A stretch of DNA of 64,000 nucleotides from a virus (IMGVR_UViG_2863231158_000003); one strand, 5' to 3'; positions 18,501-27,216 are shown, numbered from the stretch's first letter. Numbers and translations are program-made. Notes: generated from the sequence alone by a model not told the origin.

Positions 18501-20867
18501 CAGCCCGATCAACGCTCGGGTGAAGATCGGCATGACGCGGGGCTGCAGCGACTCCGACCACGCGGAGAACGCCGACCTCAGGTCCGTGAACGCGTCGAAC
18601 GTGTCCCGCGCCGCAGGCGACAGCTCCGACAGTTCTTCCTGGTACTTGGCTTGCGCGACAGCGGCCTGCGACATGCTCCCGGCCGTCTGCTGCGCCGCCG
18701 ACGCCACCTGCCGCTCGGCCGACGTGATCGAATCCGCTGCCGTCACGTGCGTGTTGGCCAGGGACTCCTGCGCCCGCCCCACCGACCGTGCACCGTCCTG
18801 CTGAACCTTGGTCGCGTTGCGCTGCGCCTCGATGACCTTGTCCTGCGCGGCGGAGATCGCCGCGGCGCACTCCTTCTGGACGCGCGCCACATTCCGCTGG
18901 GCATCCGCGACCTTCGCCTGCGCGGCGGCGATCTCCAGGGCGTTCTCGCGCTGCTGCCGGGCCGCCGCCTGCTGCGCTTTCGCCAGCGCGGCCGTCTGCT
19001 CACGGACCTGCCGCTGGGCATCCGCCAGCCGCCCCTGCGCGTTCTTGACCCGGTCCGAGCCGTCGACCCCGGCCCTGTCGGCCTTCTTCTTCTCGTCGGC
19101 AATGCGCTTCGTCGCGAGCCGCTGTTCCTTGAGCCGCTGAACCGCCTGGTCGTAGGCGAGCTGCGCCTGCGCCTGCTCCAGCGCCGACGCCTTCGACCCC
19201 TTAGCCCGCACCGCCCGCAGCCGCTGCTCAGCCGCCTGGACGGTGAGGGCCGCATCCCGCTGCGACAGCTGCGCGTCAGTGAGGCGGTTCCCGAGATCCT
19301 CCAGCTCCATCGCCGCGTCACGGCGCGCCTGCGTCAGATCCTGCTGCGCCTGCCGAGCCGACCGCTGTGCATCAGCCAGCGACTGCTCGGCGGCCACGAC
19401 ACGGTCGTTCGCCGCCTGCTGCCGGTCCGCCGCCTGCTGTACCGCGTTCGCCAGAGACTGCTTGGCGTCCTTAACCTGCTGGGCGGCATCCCGCTGCCGG
19501 TCCGCCGCCTGCTGCACCGCAGCCGCCACATCCTGCTCGGCCTGCCGCACCTGCTGGGACGCCTGCCGGTTCGCCTCCGCCGCAGACCTCTTGGCGTCCG
19601 CGACGGCCTGCTCGGCCTGCTGAATCTGCCGGGCCGCATTCCTGTGCGCGGCGGCCAGCGACTGCTGCGCACCCTCCAGCTGGCGTGCCCGCGCCGCACC
19701 CTGCGACGCCGCCTGACCACCCTTGATCGACGCAGTCGTCGCGGCGTCCTGCGCCGCCTTCTGCGCCTGAGCAGCTCTGGCGATCCCCATGAACGCGGGG
19801 ATCGCCACAGCACCCAGCGCACCGACGCCAGCCGCCGCAGCAACACCAGCGGACGCGATCGCGCCCATCCCGGCCGCAAGGACCGGAATCGCGGGGATCA
19901 CCGCGACAGACCCAAGTGCCACCGACAGCTGGAAGATCGCCGAAGTGGCACCCGAGGTATCGACCCGGACCTTGACGTCGTCCGCGTCCAGCTTGTTGAC
20001 CATCGCCTGGACAGCAGCAAGCTGCGCCGCGGCGGCAGCCGCGTCCACGCGCACCGCCACGTCCGCGTCCTGCGCCGCCAGCGCCTGCAGACGGGCCTCG
20101 ATCGCGGAGATCTCGGCCTGCGCGGTCGCGGCGTCCATGTCGACGCCGATCCGCACATCCCGCAGGGCGGTCAGCCGGGCCCGCAGCCGCGCCAGCTCCA
20201 CCTCGGCCGGCGACGTGTCCGCCCCGATGTTGATGTTGGGGAGGCTGGCCTCAGCCGCCTGCACCTGGGCGCGCAGCCGCTGACCAAAGGTGCCGTCCGT
20301 CTCCACCCGGATCCGGGCCGGGTCGGCGGACAGCTCGTCCACCTGCTCCTGCAGGAGCCGCAGCTGGGCGATCGCCGCCGCCGTGTCCGCACGGACGGCC
20401 ACGTTCGGGTGCGCTGCACCGATACGGCGCAGACGCTCCTCAATGTCCGCGGCCTCCGCGCGGGCGGCCTGCGCGTCGATGTCGACGCCGATCGTCTTGC
20501 CGGACAGCGCTTCCAGGCGGGCACGCAGCCGCGCCAGGTCCGCGTCGACACCCGTGTCCGAGAGGCGGACGTCGAGCTTGGGCATGCTGCGGAACGCCGC
20601 CTCCAGGCGGGCCTTCAGCGACCGGGCAAACGCCCCACCCGTATCCGAGCCCTGCCGGGTCGCGGCCGGGCGGGCCGCGCGGGCCCCGTCCTGGATGCCG
20701 TCCCGCACCGAAGGCGTGATGTGCGCAGCGATCTGACGGCCGATGATCCGCCCGACCTCATCGCCGATCTGCGACGCCGGAGGCACCAACGCCGCACGCA
20801 GACGGCCGTGAATGCCGCGCGCGTTCGGGATGACATCGATCTCGACGGAGCCGACACTGATCGCCAC
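15543..20867 (-). CDS. Tape measure protein with M23 peptidase and lytic-transglycosylase-like domains
   Basis: 1774 aa Ala-rich coiled coil, W/F repeats; HTGLDF...YAHM...GPHLHLE; GESGW...AYGIPQA...TQIRWG..YI. Confidence 0.95.
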   Translation of the reverse strand: MAISVGSVEIDVIPNARGIHGRLRAALVPPASQIGDEVGRIIGRQIAAHITPSVRDGIQDGARAARPAATRQGSDTGGAFARSLKARLEAAFRSMPKLDVRLSDTGVDADLARLRARLEALSGKTIGVDIDAQAARAEAADIEERLRRIGAAHPNVAVRADTAAAIAQLRLLQEQVDELSADPARIRVETDGTFGQRLRAQVQAAEASLPNINIGADTSPAEVELARLRARLTALRDVRIGVDMDAATAQAEISAIEARLQALAAQDADVAVRVDAAAAAAQLAAVQAMVNKLDADDVKVRVDTSGATSAIFQLSVALGSVAVIPAIPVLAAGMGAIASAGVAAAAGVGALGAVAIPAFMGIARAAQAQKAAQDAATTASIKGGQAASQGAARARQLEGAQQSLAAAHRNAARQIQQAEQAVADAKRSAAEANRQASQQVRQAEQDVAAAVQQAADRQRDAAQQVKDAKQSLANAVQQAADRQQAANDRVVAAEQSLADAQRSARQAQQDLTQARRDAAMELEDLGNRLTDAQLSQRDAALTVQAAEQRLRAVRAKGSKASALEQAQAQLAYDQAVQRLKEQRLATKRIADEKKKADRAGVDGSDRVKNAQGRLADAQRQVREQTAALAKAQQAAARQQRENALEIAAAQAKVADAQRNVARVQKECAAAISAAQDKVIEAQRNATKVQQDGARSVGRAQESLANTHVTAADSITSAERQVASAAQQTAGSMSQAAVAQAKYQEELSELSPAARDTFDAFTDLRSAFSAWSESLQPRVMPIFTRALIGLKNALPGLTPFAKEAADAVGELQDRASRGFKNPWWKGFKADLAGAVRPAIIGLGVSFGNVFKGMAGVVQAFLPHMDSISARMRAITGRFAAWGAGLKGSPAFERFLAYAAENGPLVARTIGDISRAFFEVARALSPLSGPLLEVLGVLARGIASVAETTPWLIQGLYGLFIATKLWTLALVLQAAVLNAHPITLLIIGIVALVAAVVYAYKRFDWFRAGVQAVWNGIKDAVSGAWNQVLRPAFDGISTGLRTVGGWGSWLWRTALKPAFDGISLGARVLAAVIATLLIAPVVLGFKLTAATGKWLYEKGLLPAFRGIGVAAGALYRNAIKPAVDGIVEGFRFVGRIGKWLWENALRPAFRGIGTAAGALYRVTIKPVGDRIVGTFRFVARIGKWLWQQALAPAFRGIGAVGKWLYDKAIKPAFSGIATTASWLWRKGLKPPFDRIKEAVRLVGVAFGRAKDAIKTAWGKVQSITKGPVNFVIKYVYGKGIRPVWNAVAKIVSLDELPPAPKQLAAGGTVGDGFGPARPMVTNRPTAIVGEGNPRFPEFVIPTDPRFRNRARALHAAAGTKLMADGGILGGAWDWTKDTIGKAINWAKTGFNLLTNPSKAWDKLVKPIKERVAKGITGDGLWAKAIRRVPGKWIGGLKSKLVDAVNSMLGGGADGMLGGAWLKPVDARFGTKFGVRGSMWSSGRHTGLDFPAAIGTAVKAVADGTIAKTANGGPYGKHIVINHGSGLQSLYAHMSAILMKQGRGVAGGTQIGRVGNTGNTTGPHLHLEARVNGRSVDPMPFLTGGGKGFPANAVGAAQKYAKALLPRYGWGANQFGPLKKLWHGESGWRWNADNPTSDAYGIPQALPGSKMRSAGPDWRTNAKTQIRWGMGYIKDRPDYGSPARAYAKWLARSPHWYDQGGMLQPGLNLAYNGTGRPEPVFTSTQASALARMATGGGGLGDLSVQVFVGDREITEIARAEVRRSNGELVTALRGGRG

Positions 20868-20890
20868 GAGAGGTCCCCCTCCCGCATGCG

Positions 20891-21343
20891 CTACGCAGCG
20901 CCCCCATTGATGATCCGGAACAGGCGCTCCGCCTGCTCGTCGTTCAGCTTCGGCTTCGCCGCACGGGCCTTCGCCCCAGGGCGCGGCGTGGGATCGGGCG
21001 GCTGCGGCTGCTTGCCCTTCTCCGTATTCGCGCAGATCAGCACGTACTCGACACGCCGCACACCATCAACCAGTGCAGCGGTCAACTGCTCCAGCTGCGA
21101 CCAACGCCCCTTCTCTGGCTCACCCTTGTCCGCCTGCTCCGCCAGCTCCTCGTCGGACAGCGTGTTCCGCAAGGCAGTCATGGTGTGCGACTCGGGCGGC
21201 AGATGCTCAATCAGCACCCGCAGCCAACGCCAAGACCGGCGCCCCGACAGCACATCCGCGATGTCGTAGTGCCGGTCGATCAAGTCGGCCTCTACCGACT
21301 CTGCATGCGCCTCCCAGAGCGCGATGGTGCTACGGACTTTCCC
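20891..21343 (-). CDS. Tail assembly chaperone, frameshifted (T-like) part
   Basis: Open in the -1 frame from the GGGAAAG slip site: VRSTIALWEAHAESVEADLIDRHY... Confidence 0.8.
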   Translation of the reverse strand, partial: GKVRSTIALWEAHAESVEADLIDRHYDIADVLSGRRSWRWLRVLIEHLPPESHTMTALRNTLSDEELAEQADKGEPEKGRWSQLEQLTAALVDGVRRVEYVLICANTEKGKQPQPPDPTPRPGAKARAAKPKLNDEQAERLFRIINGGAA

Positions 21344-21747
21344 AGGCCCTCCCCAGAACGATCTCCCGCATCGGCGATGAAGTTCTGGAACTCCTCATTC
21401 GTGGGGTCGATCTCGATGAAGAAGTCGAAGTCGTCCGGGTGCAGCACCTTCCGAGCAAACGTGTCGATGTAGCCCTGCGTGAGCATGCGATGCCACGACA
21501 TTCGCCAAGCGTCGGGCGGGACGATCCGCACTTCCTCACCGCAGAGAAGGGCAGTGACGTAGTGCCCCTCTGCCTCGATCTCCTGAGCCTCGAAGGCCGT
21601 TACCTCCGGCTCCTCAAGCTCCTGCTCGCGCTCCACAGCCCGTCGAGTGGCCGCCGGGCGGGACGTTGAACGAGCCGCTGCGCGCGGCTTCCGGCTGCTG
21701 CTGGTACTGGTGCTGGTGCTGGTGCTGGTGCTACGCGTGTTGGCCAC
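21292..21747 (-). CDS. Tail assembly chaperone (G-like)
   Basis: Between major tail and TMP genes; ends GLGK at the slippery site. Confidence 0.85.
   Translation of the reverse strand: MANTRSTSTSTSTSTSSSRKPRAAARSTSRPAATRRAVEREQELEEPEVTAFEAQEIEAEGHYVTALLCGEEVRIVPPDAWRMSWHRMLTQGYIDTFARKVLHPDDFDFFIEIDPTNEEFQNFIADAGDRSGEGLGKSVAPSRSGRRMQSR
21337..21343 (-). other. Programmed -1 frameshift site GGGAAAG
   Basis: Same heptamer as the lambda G-T site; -1 frame joins ORF 20891..21283. Confidence 0.85.
21701..21730. repeat. (CTGGTR)5 microsatellite encoding a Ser-Thr run
   Basis: ctggta ctggtg ctggtg ctggtg ctggtg. Confidence 0.8.
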
Positions 21748-21850
21748 GGCGCGGGCCTCCCTCGATCAATGGCGCGGGCAGTTACGAAGAAAGGTGGATG
21801 GGCCGGGCCCGCGCCGACGGTGGCGGCCCACCCACCAGCACAGAATCCGG

Positions 21851-22435
21851 TCAGGAGCCGGTGTAGTCGGCAGTCGCCGGGACGCGGTCCGCGTGGTAGA
21901 CGGTGTTGCCTGCCTCGTCCGGATAGGCCGTGATCGTCCACTCGAAGCCAGCCATCTCGTCCTGCTTGTGCGTGACGTCGGAACGGTCCGAGATCTCCCC
22001 GGCAGGGACGTAGAAGCTCAGGCTTGTCTCGCCGTCAAAGACGACGAACCAGAAGGAGCGACGATCCGGGTTGGGGCTCGCAGTCTCCGCGAATGTCGTC
22101 AATCCGGACACCGGCTCAAGGTCTGCGAGCGAGGCACGGTAGTGCAGCGACCGGACCGTAGTGCGCGCCGTCTCCCATGCCGTGATCTTGAAGGTGCGCA
22201 GGGACTTGGTGATCGTCGTGCGGATCGGCGACGTGTAACCCCAAGGGGTGTACTCCTGGCTGTCTTCGTCGAACCCCTGCACCAGACCGTCGTCTGAGAT
22301 ACCCCCCAAGGGCGCCCAAGGGGGCATCGGCTGGACCAGCGGGTCACCGGGGGACGAAGTGCCGAGCGGGGCAGTCCAGCCGCCACCATTAGCGCCGACC
22401 TCCATCAGGTCCGCTGCGCGAGTGATGTTGACCAT
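21851..22435 (-). CDS. Major tail protein
   Basis: LGGISDDGL...TPWG...GEISDRSDV...TITAYPD. Confidence 0.9.
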   Translation of the reverse strand: MVNITRAADLMEVGANGGGWTAPLGTSSPGDPLVQPMPPWAPLGGISDDGLVQGFDEDSQEYTPWGYTSPIRTTITKSLRTFKITAWETARTTVRSLHYRASLADLEPVSGLTTFAETASPNPDRRSFWFVVFDGETSLSFYVPAGEISDRSDVTHKQDEMAGFEWTITAYPDEAGNTVYHADRVPATADYTGS

Positions 22436-22523
22436 CGTTGTCTCCAGACATGCGTGAAGCCCGCGCACGGGCGGGATCTTGGGGTCCGGCGCGGGCCCGA
22501 ATCGGTCAAGAGACCGGGTGCAG

Positions 22524-23093
22524 TTATGTGGTTGTGGTGAGCCGACGCAGCATGAAAGTCAAGACATCCTGCGTAGCCTTCGATGTGTTACAGGTGGCAC
22601 ACGTGGGAGCTAGATTGTCCCACTCGTGCGCACCCTGCTTGGCGAGGGCGACGATGTGATCGATGTGGTCCGTCGGGGATCCGCAGTAGACGCACGGGTC
22701 AGCTCGTATGAGCCCCATGTACTCAGCGACTGCATCAAGGTCTGAAGTGACCTTCAGGGCTGCGCGACGCCTGGCGGAGGCCGCACGGTGCTTCTCGGGA
22801 TTCAGCTCGATCCACCGGTAGCGCCGTTCATAGTTGGCTTCCTTGTTCTCCTCGTAGTACCGCTCCCGGTAGCCCGGGTTCTTCGCATACCACTGCTTGG
22901 CATATTCGCTGCGCTCCTTCTTCGTGCGCTCGCGGTACGCCCTTCGATGGTCACGATTCTTCCGATTCCACTCACGGTCACGGGCCCGCCCGCACTCCTT
23001 GCACTCGGTGGCCAGCCCGTCCTTGCTGCTACTCCTCTTGCGGAACTCGCTGCGCAGCTTGCGTTTGTCGCACTTGATGCAAATCTTCTCCAC
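22524..23093 (-). CDS. HNH endonuclease with N-terminal Zn finger, inserted in the tail cluster
   Basis: CIKC...CKEC; CVYCG...DHIVAL..GAHEWDNL..TCATCNTSK. Confidence 0.9.
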   Translation of the reverse strand: MEKICIKCDKRKLRSEFRKRSSSKDGLATECKECGRARDREWNRKNRDHRRAYRERTKKERSEYAKQWYAKNPGYRERYYEENKEANYERRYRWIELNPEKHRAASARRRAALKVTSDLDAVAEYMGLIRADPCVYCGSPTDHIDHIVALAKQGAHEWDNLAPTCATCNTSKATQDVLTFMLRRLTTTT

Positions 23094-23104
23094 GCCACTC
23101 CAGT

Positions 23105-23130
23105 CTGTAAGGTCCGCCCTAACCTTACAG
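23105..23130. promoter_or_regulatory. Perfect 9-bp inverted repeat between divergent HNH and Phd-like genes
   Basis: ctgtaaggt-ccgcccta-accttacag. Confidence 0.65.
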
Positions 23131-23155
23131 AACTATCAAGCTGTACGATCCGTCT

Positions 23156-23332
23156 ATGGACGAAGAAGTCAAAGTGCAGGAGGCGCGCGAGCGGTTCGCG
23201 CAGCTTTTGAACGGAACGCAGTGGCAGGGCAAGCACATCGCCATCACCCGACACGGCAAGGCGGCGGGCGTTCTAGTGCCACCTGACTGGTACGAGCGAG
23301 CCGTCGCAGCCCTCAGCGGGCCTGGCACTTAG
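23156..23332 (+). CDS. Phd/YefM-family antitoxin-like protein, 58 aa (not in ORF track)
   Basis: MDEEVKVQEARERFAQLLNGTQWQGKHIAITRHGKAAGVLVPPDWYE; TACGAT 6 nt before ATG. Confidence 0.8.
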   Translation: MDEEVKVQEARERFAQLLNGTQWQGKHIAITRHGKAAGVLVPPDWYERAVAALSGPGT

Positions 23333-23718
23333 GCCGGATGGCAATAGATTTCGTAGGTACCACCGACGCGACGGAGAGCCTTGTTCTCGTATGGGAGCCC
23401 GGCGGGCAGAGCCAGGCACCGAACCATTCCGACGACCAGCGTGGACGTGGTCGAACCACGCACCACATGCATGATCCACTCGTGGGCGTCGCGCGCCAGC
23501 AAGAACGCAGAGGCCCTCGTCGGCGCGTAGACGTTCATGTCGAAGAGCATCCGCGCCAGTTTCGCTCCGTCGTATCCACCACCGGGAACCTGGAGGAATT
23601 GGATTGTCGGTAGCTCATCCAGCAGGTTGTTGTCGAGTTCGTCGCGCACCACAGCGTCCGGGAAGCGGGCGGTGGCGCGGGGAATGAGTTCGCCTTCGAC
23701 ATCGATGAGCGCGGTCAC
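23329..23718 (-). CDS. Tail terminator
   Basis: Position; LPYENKALRRVGGTYEI. Confidence 0.75.
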   Translation of the reverse strand: MTALIDVEGELIPRATARFPDAVVRDELDNNLLDELPTIQFLQVPGGGYDGAKLARMLFDMNVYAPTRASAFLLARDAHEWIMHVVRGSTTSTLVVGMVRCLALPAGLPYENKALRRVGGTYEIYCHPA

Positions 23719-24044
23719 TGGTTCCGCCCGCCGATCTGCGCCGCCCACAGCAGCACGTGGTGGGCGGGGACGCGTTCGGTGCCGTACTCCACCCAGCGGG
23801 CGTAGTAGGAGGTGTTGCGGACATAGGCGGCAGCCCGGTCCCTGCGGCGGCCACCACGGCTGGTGCTATCGGTCTCCCACGACGCCTTGTAGTGCCCTGG
23901 GTGTGGGCCCCGTTCGTCGACCGGTGACGTAGCCACAGCGATTCCTTTGATGACCTCGGCGCGTCGCAGCATCTCTGCCTGCATGCCGGGCATTCGCAGC
24001 ATTTCGCCGATTCCCCTGCGCTTCACCTTGAGGCGTGCTGGCAT
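23715..24044 (-). CDS. Tail completion protein (HK97 gp10-like)
   Basis: SPVD...GHYKASW...YARWVEYGT. Confidence 0.8.
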   Translation of the reverse strand: MPARLKVKRRGIGEMLRMPGMQAEMLRRAEVIKGIAVATSPVDERGPHPGHYKASWETDSTSRGGRRRDRAAAYVRNTSYYARWVEYGTERVPAHHVLLWAAQIGGRNQ

Positions 24045-24080
24045 AGCCACCTCCAGCCATTGCGATCCAGGGGGCGGGCT

Positions 24081-24413
24081 ATGGATGTGAAGGGCGTGCA
24101 GGCGTCGATCAGCTTCGACGGCGAGTGGATCACCATCGTCAAGAAGGAGGTGGGTGCACCAGACCGGACAGCCAGGACCAATGTCCGCAGCATCAGCGGC
24201 ACAACATGCAAGCCGGCGACCCGCCTCCTCCACGGCTACATCCAGCTCGCCGTGCCCGGCGCCGTACAGGCCAAGGAGAAGAAGGGGATCTTCCTGGGAG
24301 GCCGTCCGCCGCACAGCGACCCGAACAGCCTGTCCATCCCGTACCGGTCGAACGACGCGGCAGCAAAGATCGTCGCCGCGATCGAGGAAGCCCGTGTCCG
24401 GCTCAGCCCGTAA
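24081..24413 (+). CDS. DUF4429-like protein, counter-oriented insertion
   Basis: VKGVQASISFDGEWITI...KPATRL.HGYIQL...DPNSL. Confidence 0.7.
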   Translation: MDVKGVQASISFDGEWITIVKKEVGAPDRTARTNVRSISGTTCKPATRLLHGYIQLAVPGAVQAKEKKGIFLGGRPPHSDPNSLSIPYRSNDAAAKIVAAIEEARVRLSP

Positions 24414-24783
24414 CCCTGTCCGCCGCAAACTGAATCACGCCGCGGGTTCCGGTGAACGGGCTCCGGCCCCAGTCGCCGGGCTCCCCGGTGATGTCGCAGG
24501 CCACGCCTCGCACCCTGGCCTTGTCGGTGGTGCGGAGCGGCAGACGAGCCTGAGCCTTCTGGGCTACGGGTACGTAGACGGTCCAGCCGACGATGACCGT
24601 GTCCCGCGCCTGCTGCTGCTCTCCCCCCACCTGCGGCGTCTCCGCACGCGGCGTCACCACACAGCCCTGAAGGTCGAACGATTCGTCCGGCCCGGGAAGC
24701 GGCTGCCCGCGGGCGTCACGCCCGGGCGAGACACCGGTGCGCAGGATCCGCACCGTCTCCCCATACGGGTACCGGCCGGGCAT
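24403..24783 (-). CDS. Head-to-tail stopper
   Basis: YGETV..LR...RD..G...G.PGDW..PFTG...RVTG. Confidence 0.75.
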   Translation of the reverse strand: MPGRYPYGETVRILRTGVSPGRDARGQPLPGPDESFDLQGCVVTPRAETPQVGGEQQQARDTVIVGWTVYVPVAQKAQARLPLRTTDKARVRGVACDITGEPGDWGRSPFTGTRGVIQFAADRVTG

Positions 24784-25196
24784 CAGGAATACCCCCAGCC
24801 CGGCTCGAACTCATCCGCGAACCCCGCATCGTCGACGGGCCAGGTAGGAGACGGATCGGCCGTAGCCGGGGTCGGGTCGACCGTGAACGCGCCCCCGCGG
24901 CCGGCCAAAGCCTTCAGAGCTGCCTTGTCAGCCTTCGTGAGATACAGGCCGCCCGAGCCAGTCGGACGCTGAACCGACATCGGGCCGATCGTCTCGTAGC
25001 TGACCTGCTGCGGATTGACGTAAGCCCGCCCGGCGACCGACAGCACCACGGCCGTCGCCTGATCCGGGAGCGGCTTGACGACCGATTCACACAGGCTGAC
25101 CGCCTGCAGGATCAGCAGGGCCGCCCGGTCCCCCTCGATCTCGTCGAGGCCAAGGTAGAGGCCGAGGTCCTCGGCCGTCGGCGCCTGGAACGCCAT
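24783..25196 (-). CDS. Head-to-tail adaptor
   Basis: RAYVNP...ETIGP...GGLYLT..D...L. Confidence 0.8.
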   Translation of the reverse strand: MAFQAPTAEDLGLYLGLDEIEGDRAALLILQAVSLCESVVKPLPDQATAVVLSVAGRAYVNPQQVSYETIGPMSVQRPTGSGGLYLTKADKAALKALAGRGGAFTVDPTPATADPSPTWPVDDAGFADEFEPGWGYS

Positions 25197-25205
25197 CACA
25201 GCCTC

Positions 25206-26240
25206 CTATCCGGACAGGCCCTCCACTGCGGTCCACCACAGGAAGAGGTCCCCCGAGGGGTCGAGTTCGGCGGAACGGGTCTTGGCGCGCTTGCTGGCAA
25301 GCCGGTACTCGGCGGCCGATGCGAGCTTCCGCAGAACCGCCTCGTAGCCGTCAATCTCGGTCCGGTCGACAAAGATCCCGCCCTCGCCGAGCGACTCGCA
25401 CAGACCTGGCGTTGGGTGGGCAACGACGGGAATGCCGCTCGCCATCGCCTCACAGCCGACGCGGCCCCACGACTCATACGAGGACGGCATCAGCAGCACC
25501 CGGGTGCGGGCGTACACCTGCTTCCGCATGTCCTCCCCGCGAACGTGCTCGACGATTTCAACGTTCGGCAGGTCGGGGAGGATCTGTTCGCCGTAGGCGC
25601 CCTTCACCGCGAGGAACTGCTGGTCCGACATCCGTTCGGCGAGGGCCTGGAGCACCTTGCCGCCCTTCTCCGGATTGCAGTTGATCAGCGTGATGGCCTT
25701 GCCTGGCTTCGTCGCATACTCGTCGGCGAACACCGGCGGCCGCACAATCAACGTGCCCGCGGGGCGGATGGACTTCGGGTATTCGGCGAAGAAGACCTCC
25801 GCCTCCGCTTCCATCCACCGCGAGTTGTAGACCGCCAGCGCGGTCCCGCCCGCAGCCATGTCTCGGAACGTCTCCCGGTGCGTGTTGTGGCAGACCACCA
25901 CCAGCGGCTTGCCATACCCGCGAGCCAGCGACGCCGTCGGCGGCACCGTCTCCAGATGGGCCACCAGCACATCCGCCCGCCGCACCGCCGTCGGGAAATC
26001 CAGCCGCGACTCCAGGGGGATCACCTTGATGCCGCGGTACTCGTACTCCTGGTGGGCGTTGCCGTAGCGGGACAGCCATACCGACACGTCGTGGCCACGC
26101 TCCACCAGGGGCCGCAGCATGGAGACGAGCATGTGCTCGGCACCCGCATTATGCTCCGGCGGCATCGCGTGCACACGGGCCACGATCTTCAGGGGCTTGG
26201 CTGCCCCGCCCGGCGCGGAAGCCGGGACAGCCCTAGCCAT
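25206..26240 (-). CDS. GT4-family glycosyltransferase coupled to the major capsid gene
   Basis: AGAE...KGG...MPSSYESWGRVGCEAMASGIPVV (EX7E); TGATG overlap with the capsid stop. Confidence 0.9.
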   Translation of the reverse strand: MARAVPASAPGGAAKPLKIVARVHAMPPEHNAGAEHMLVSMLRPLVERGHDVSVWLSRYGNAHQEYEYRGIKVIPLESRLDFPTAVRRADVLVAHLETVPPTASLARGYGKPLVVVCHNTHRETFRDMAAGGTALAVYNSRWMEAEAEVFFAEYPKSIRPAGTLIVRPPVFADEYATKPGKAITLINCNPEKGGKVLQALAERMSDQQFLAVKGAYGEQILPDLPNVEIVEHVRGEDMRKQVYARTRVLLMPSSYESWGRVGCEAMASGIPVVAHPTPGLCESLGEGGIFVDRTEIDGYEAVLRKLASAAEYRLASKRAKTRSAELDPSGDLFLWWTAVEGLSG

Positions 26241-27196
26241 CAGGAACCGCTCGGAGCGCCGGTGTACTTCACGAAGGCGTCGACGTCACCCAGCACGAAG
26301 CCGTAGTAGGCCTCGGCGAGGATCAGCACCAGGTTCTCCTGGAACGCGGAGTGAACGCCGCCCTCTTCGTCGACATAGGTCGCCTGGTCGGAAATCCGCA
26401 CCGTGATGTCCATGCCCACGCCATACGCAGCCTGAGACCAGTCGCCGCCGATCGCCCGCAGACCCGTGTCCGTGGATGTCGACTGACGGCGCTGCTTGCC
26501 CGACACCGACCGCGAGTACGCCAGCGGCTCGCCGATCAGCGTGCCTGCCGCCGCCATGTTCGTGCCCGGCGTCTGCGTGTCCACCAGGATCGGACGGCCG
26601 GTCGTGTCCGTCGCCAGCAGGAGCGACGGCTTCAGCCGGTGGTCCGCAACCGTGCCGGTGTAGTCCCAGTCGCCGTCGACGACCTCGGCCATGCCGTTGA
26701 CGAAGTCGGCCCAGATGCCGCCGTCAGCCTGATCCGCCGTACCCAGGGCCACGGAGTTCGTGGTCCCGGCGAGGTACTCGGTGAACGGGCCTGTGGCACC
26801 CTTCATGGTCTTGCCGTGGATCGTCGCGTGGTCGAAGGCCCGCGCGAATGCAGTCGGCAGGTCCTTCTGCAGCTGATCGTACAGACCGCCCGCGTTGGTC
26901 TTCGCGACCTCCATGGCGACCGGAATCAGCACGGCGACCTTCTTGGCCTGCATCTGCTTGACGTCGACGCCGCCGGTCGACAGGGGCTTCTTCGCCGCCT
27001 GACCGACCCAGTCCGCAACCGGGACGTCCATCGGGATCGGCACCGACGTAGTTGCGTCCAGAGCCAGCGGCGCAGGCCGGGCCAGCTGCATGACCGCGCT
27101 GGCTTCAACGGACTTTTCGAAGATCGGTGCAGTGATTGTGCGCGGCAGAAGCGACGCATCGACATTGGACAATGTCAGAGGGGCGGTGACCGCCAT
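26240..27196 (-). CDS. Major capsid protein (HK97 fold)
   Basis: WVGQAAKKP...KKVAVLIPVAME...GDWSQ..YG...FQENLV.ILAEAYYGF. Confidence 0.95.
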   Translation of the reverse strand: MAVTAPLTLSNVDASLLPRTITAPIFEKSVEASAVMQLARPAPLALDATTSVPIPMDVPVADWVGQAAKKPLSTGGVDVKQMQAKKVAVLIPVAMEVAKTNAGGLYDQLQKDLPTAFARAFDHATIHGKTMKGATGPFTEYLAGTTNSVALGTADQADGGIWADFVNGMAEVVDGDWDYTGTVADHRLKPSLLLATDTTGRPILVDTQTPGTNMAAAGTLIGEPLAYSRSVSGKQRRQSTSTDTGLRAIGGDWSQAAYGVGMDITVRISDQATYVDEEGGVHSAFQENLVLILAEAYYGFVLGDVDAFVKYTGAPSGS

Positions 27197-27216
27197 GGGG
27201 TTCTCGTCTCCCGCAG

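Noticed and set aside
16812-21269. 1485-aa plus-strand ORF and similar long antisense ORFs (41833..43413, 43650..45389, 51665..53311)
   Set aside because: Shadow frames of real minus-strand genes in high-GC DNA; no recognisable motifs
21701-21730. Microsatellite as a phase-variation switch
   Set aside because: A 6-bp unit keeps the reading frame
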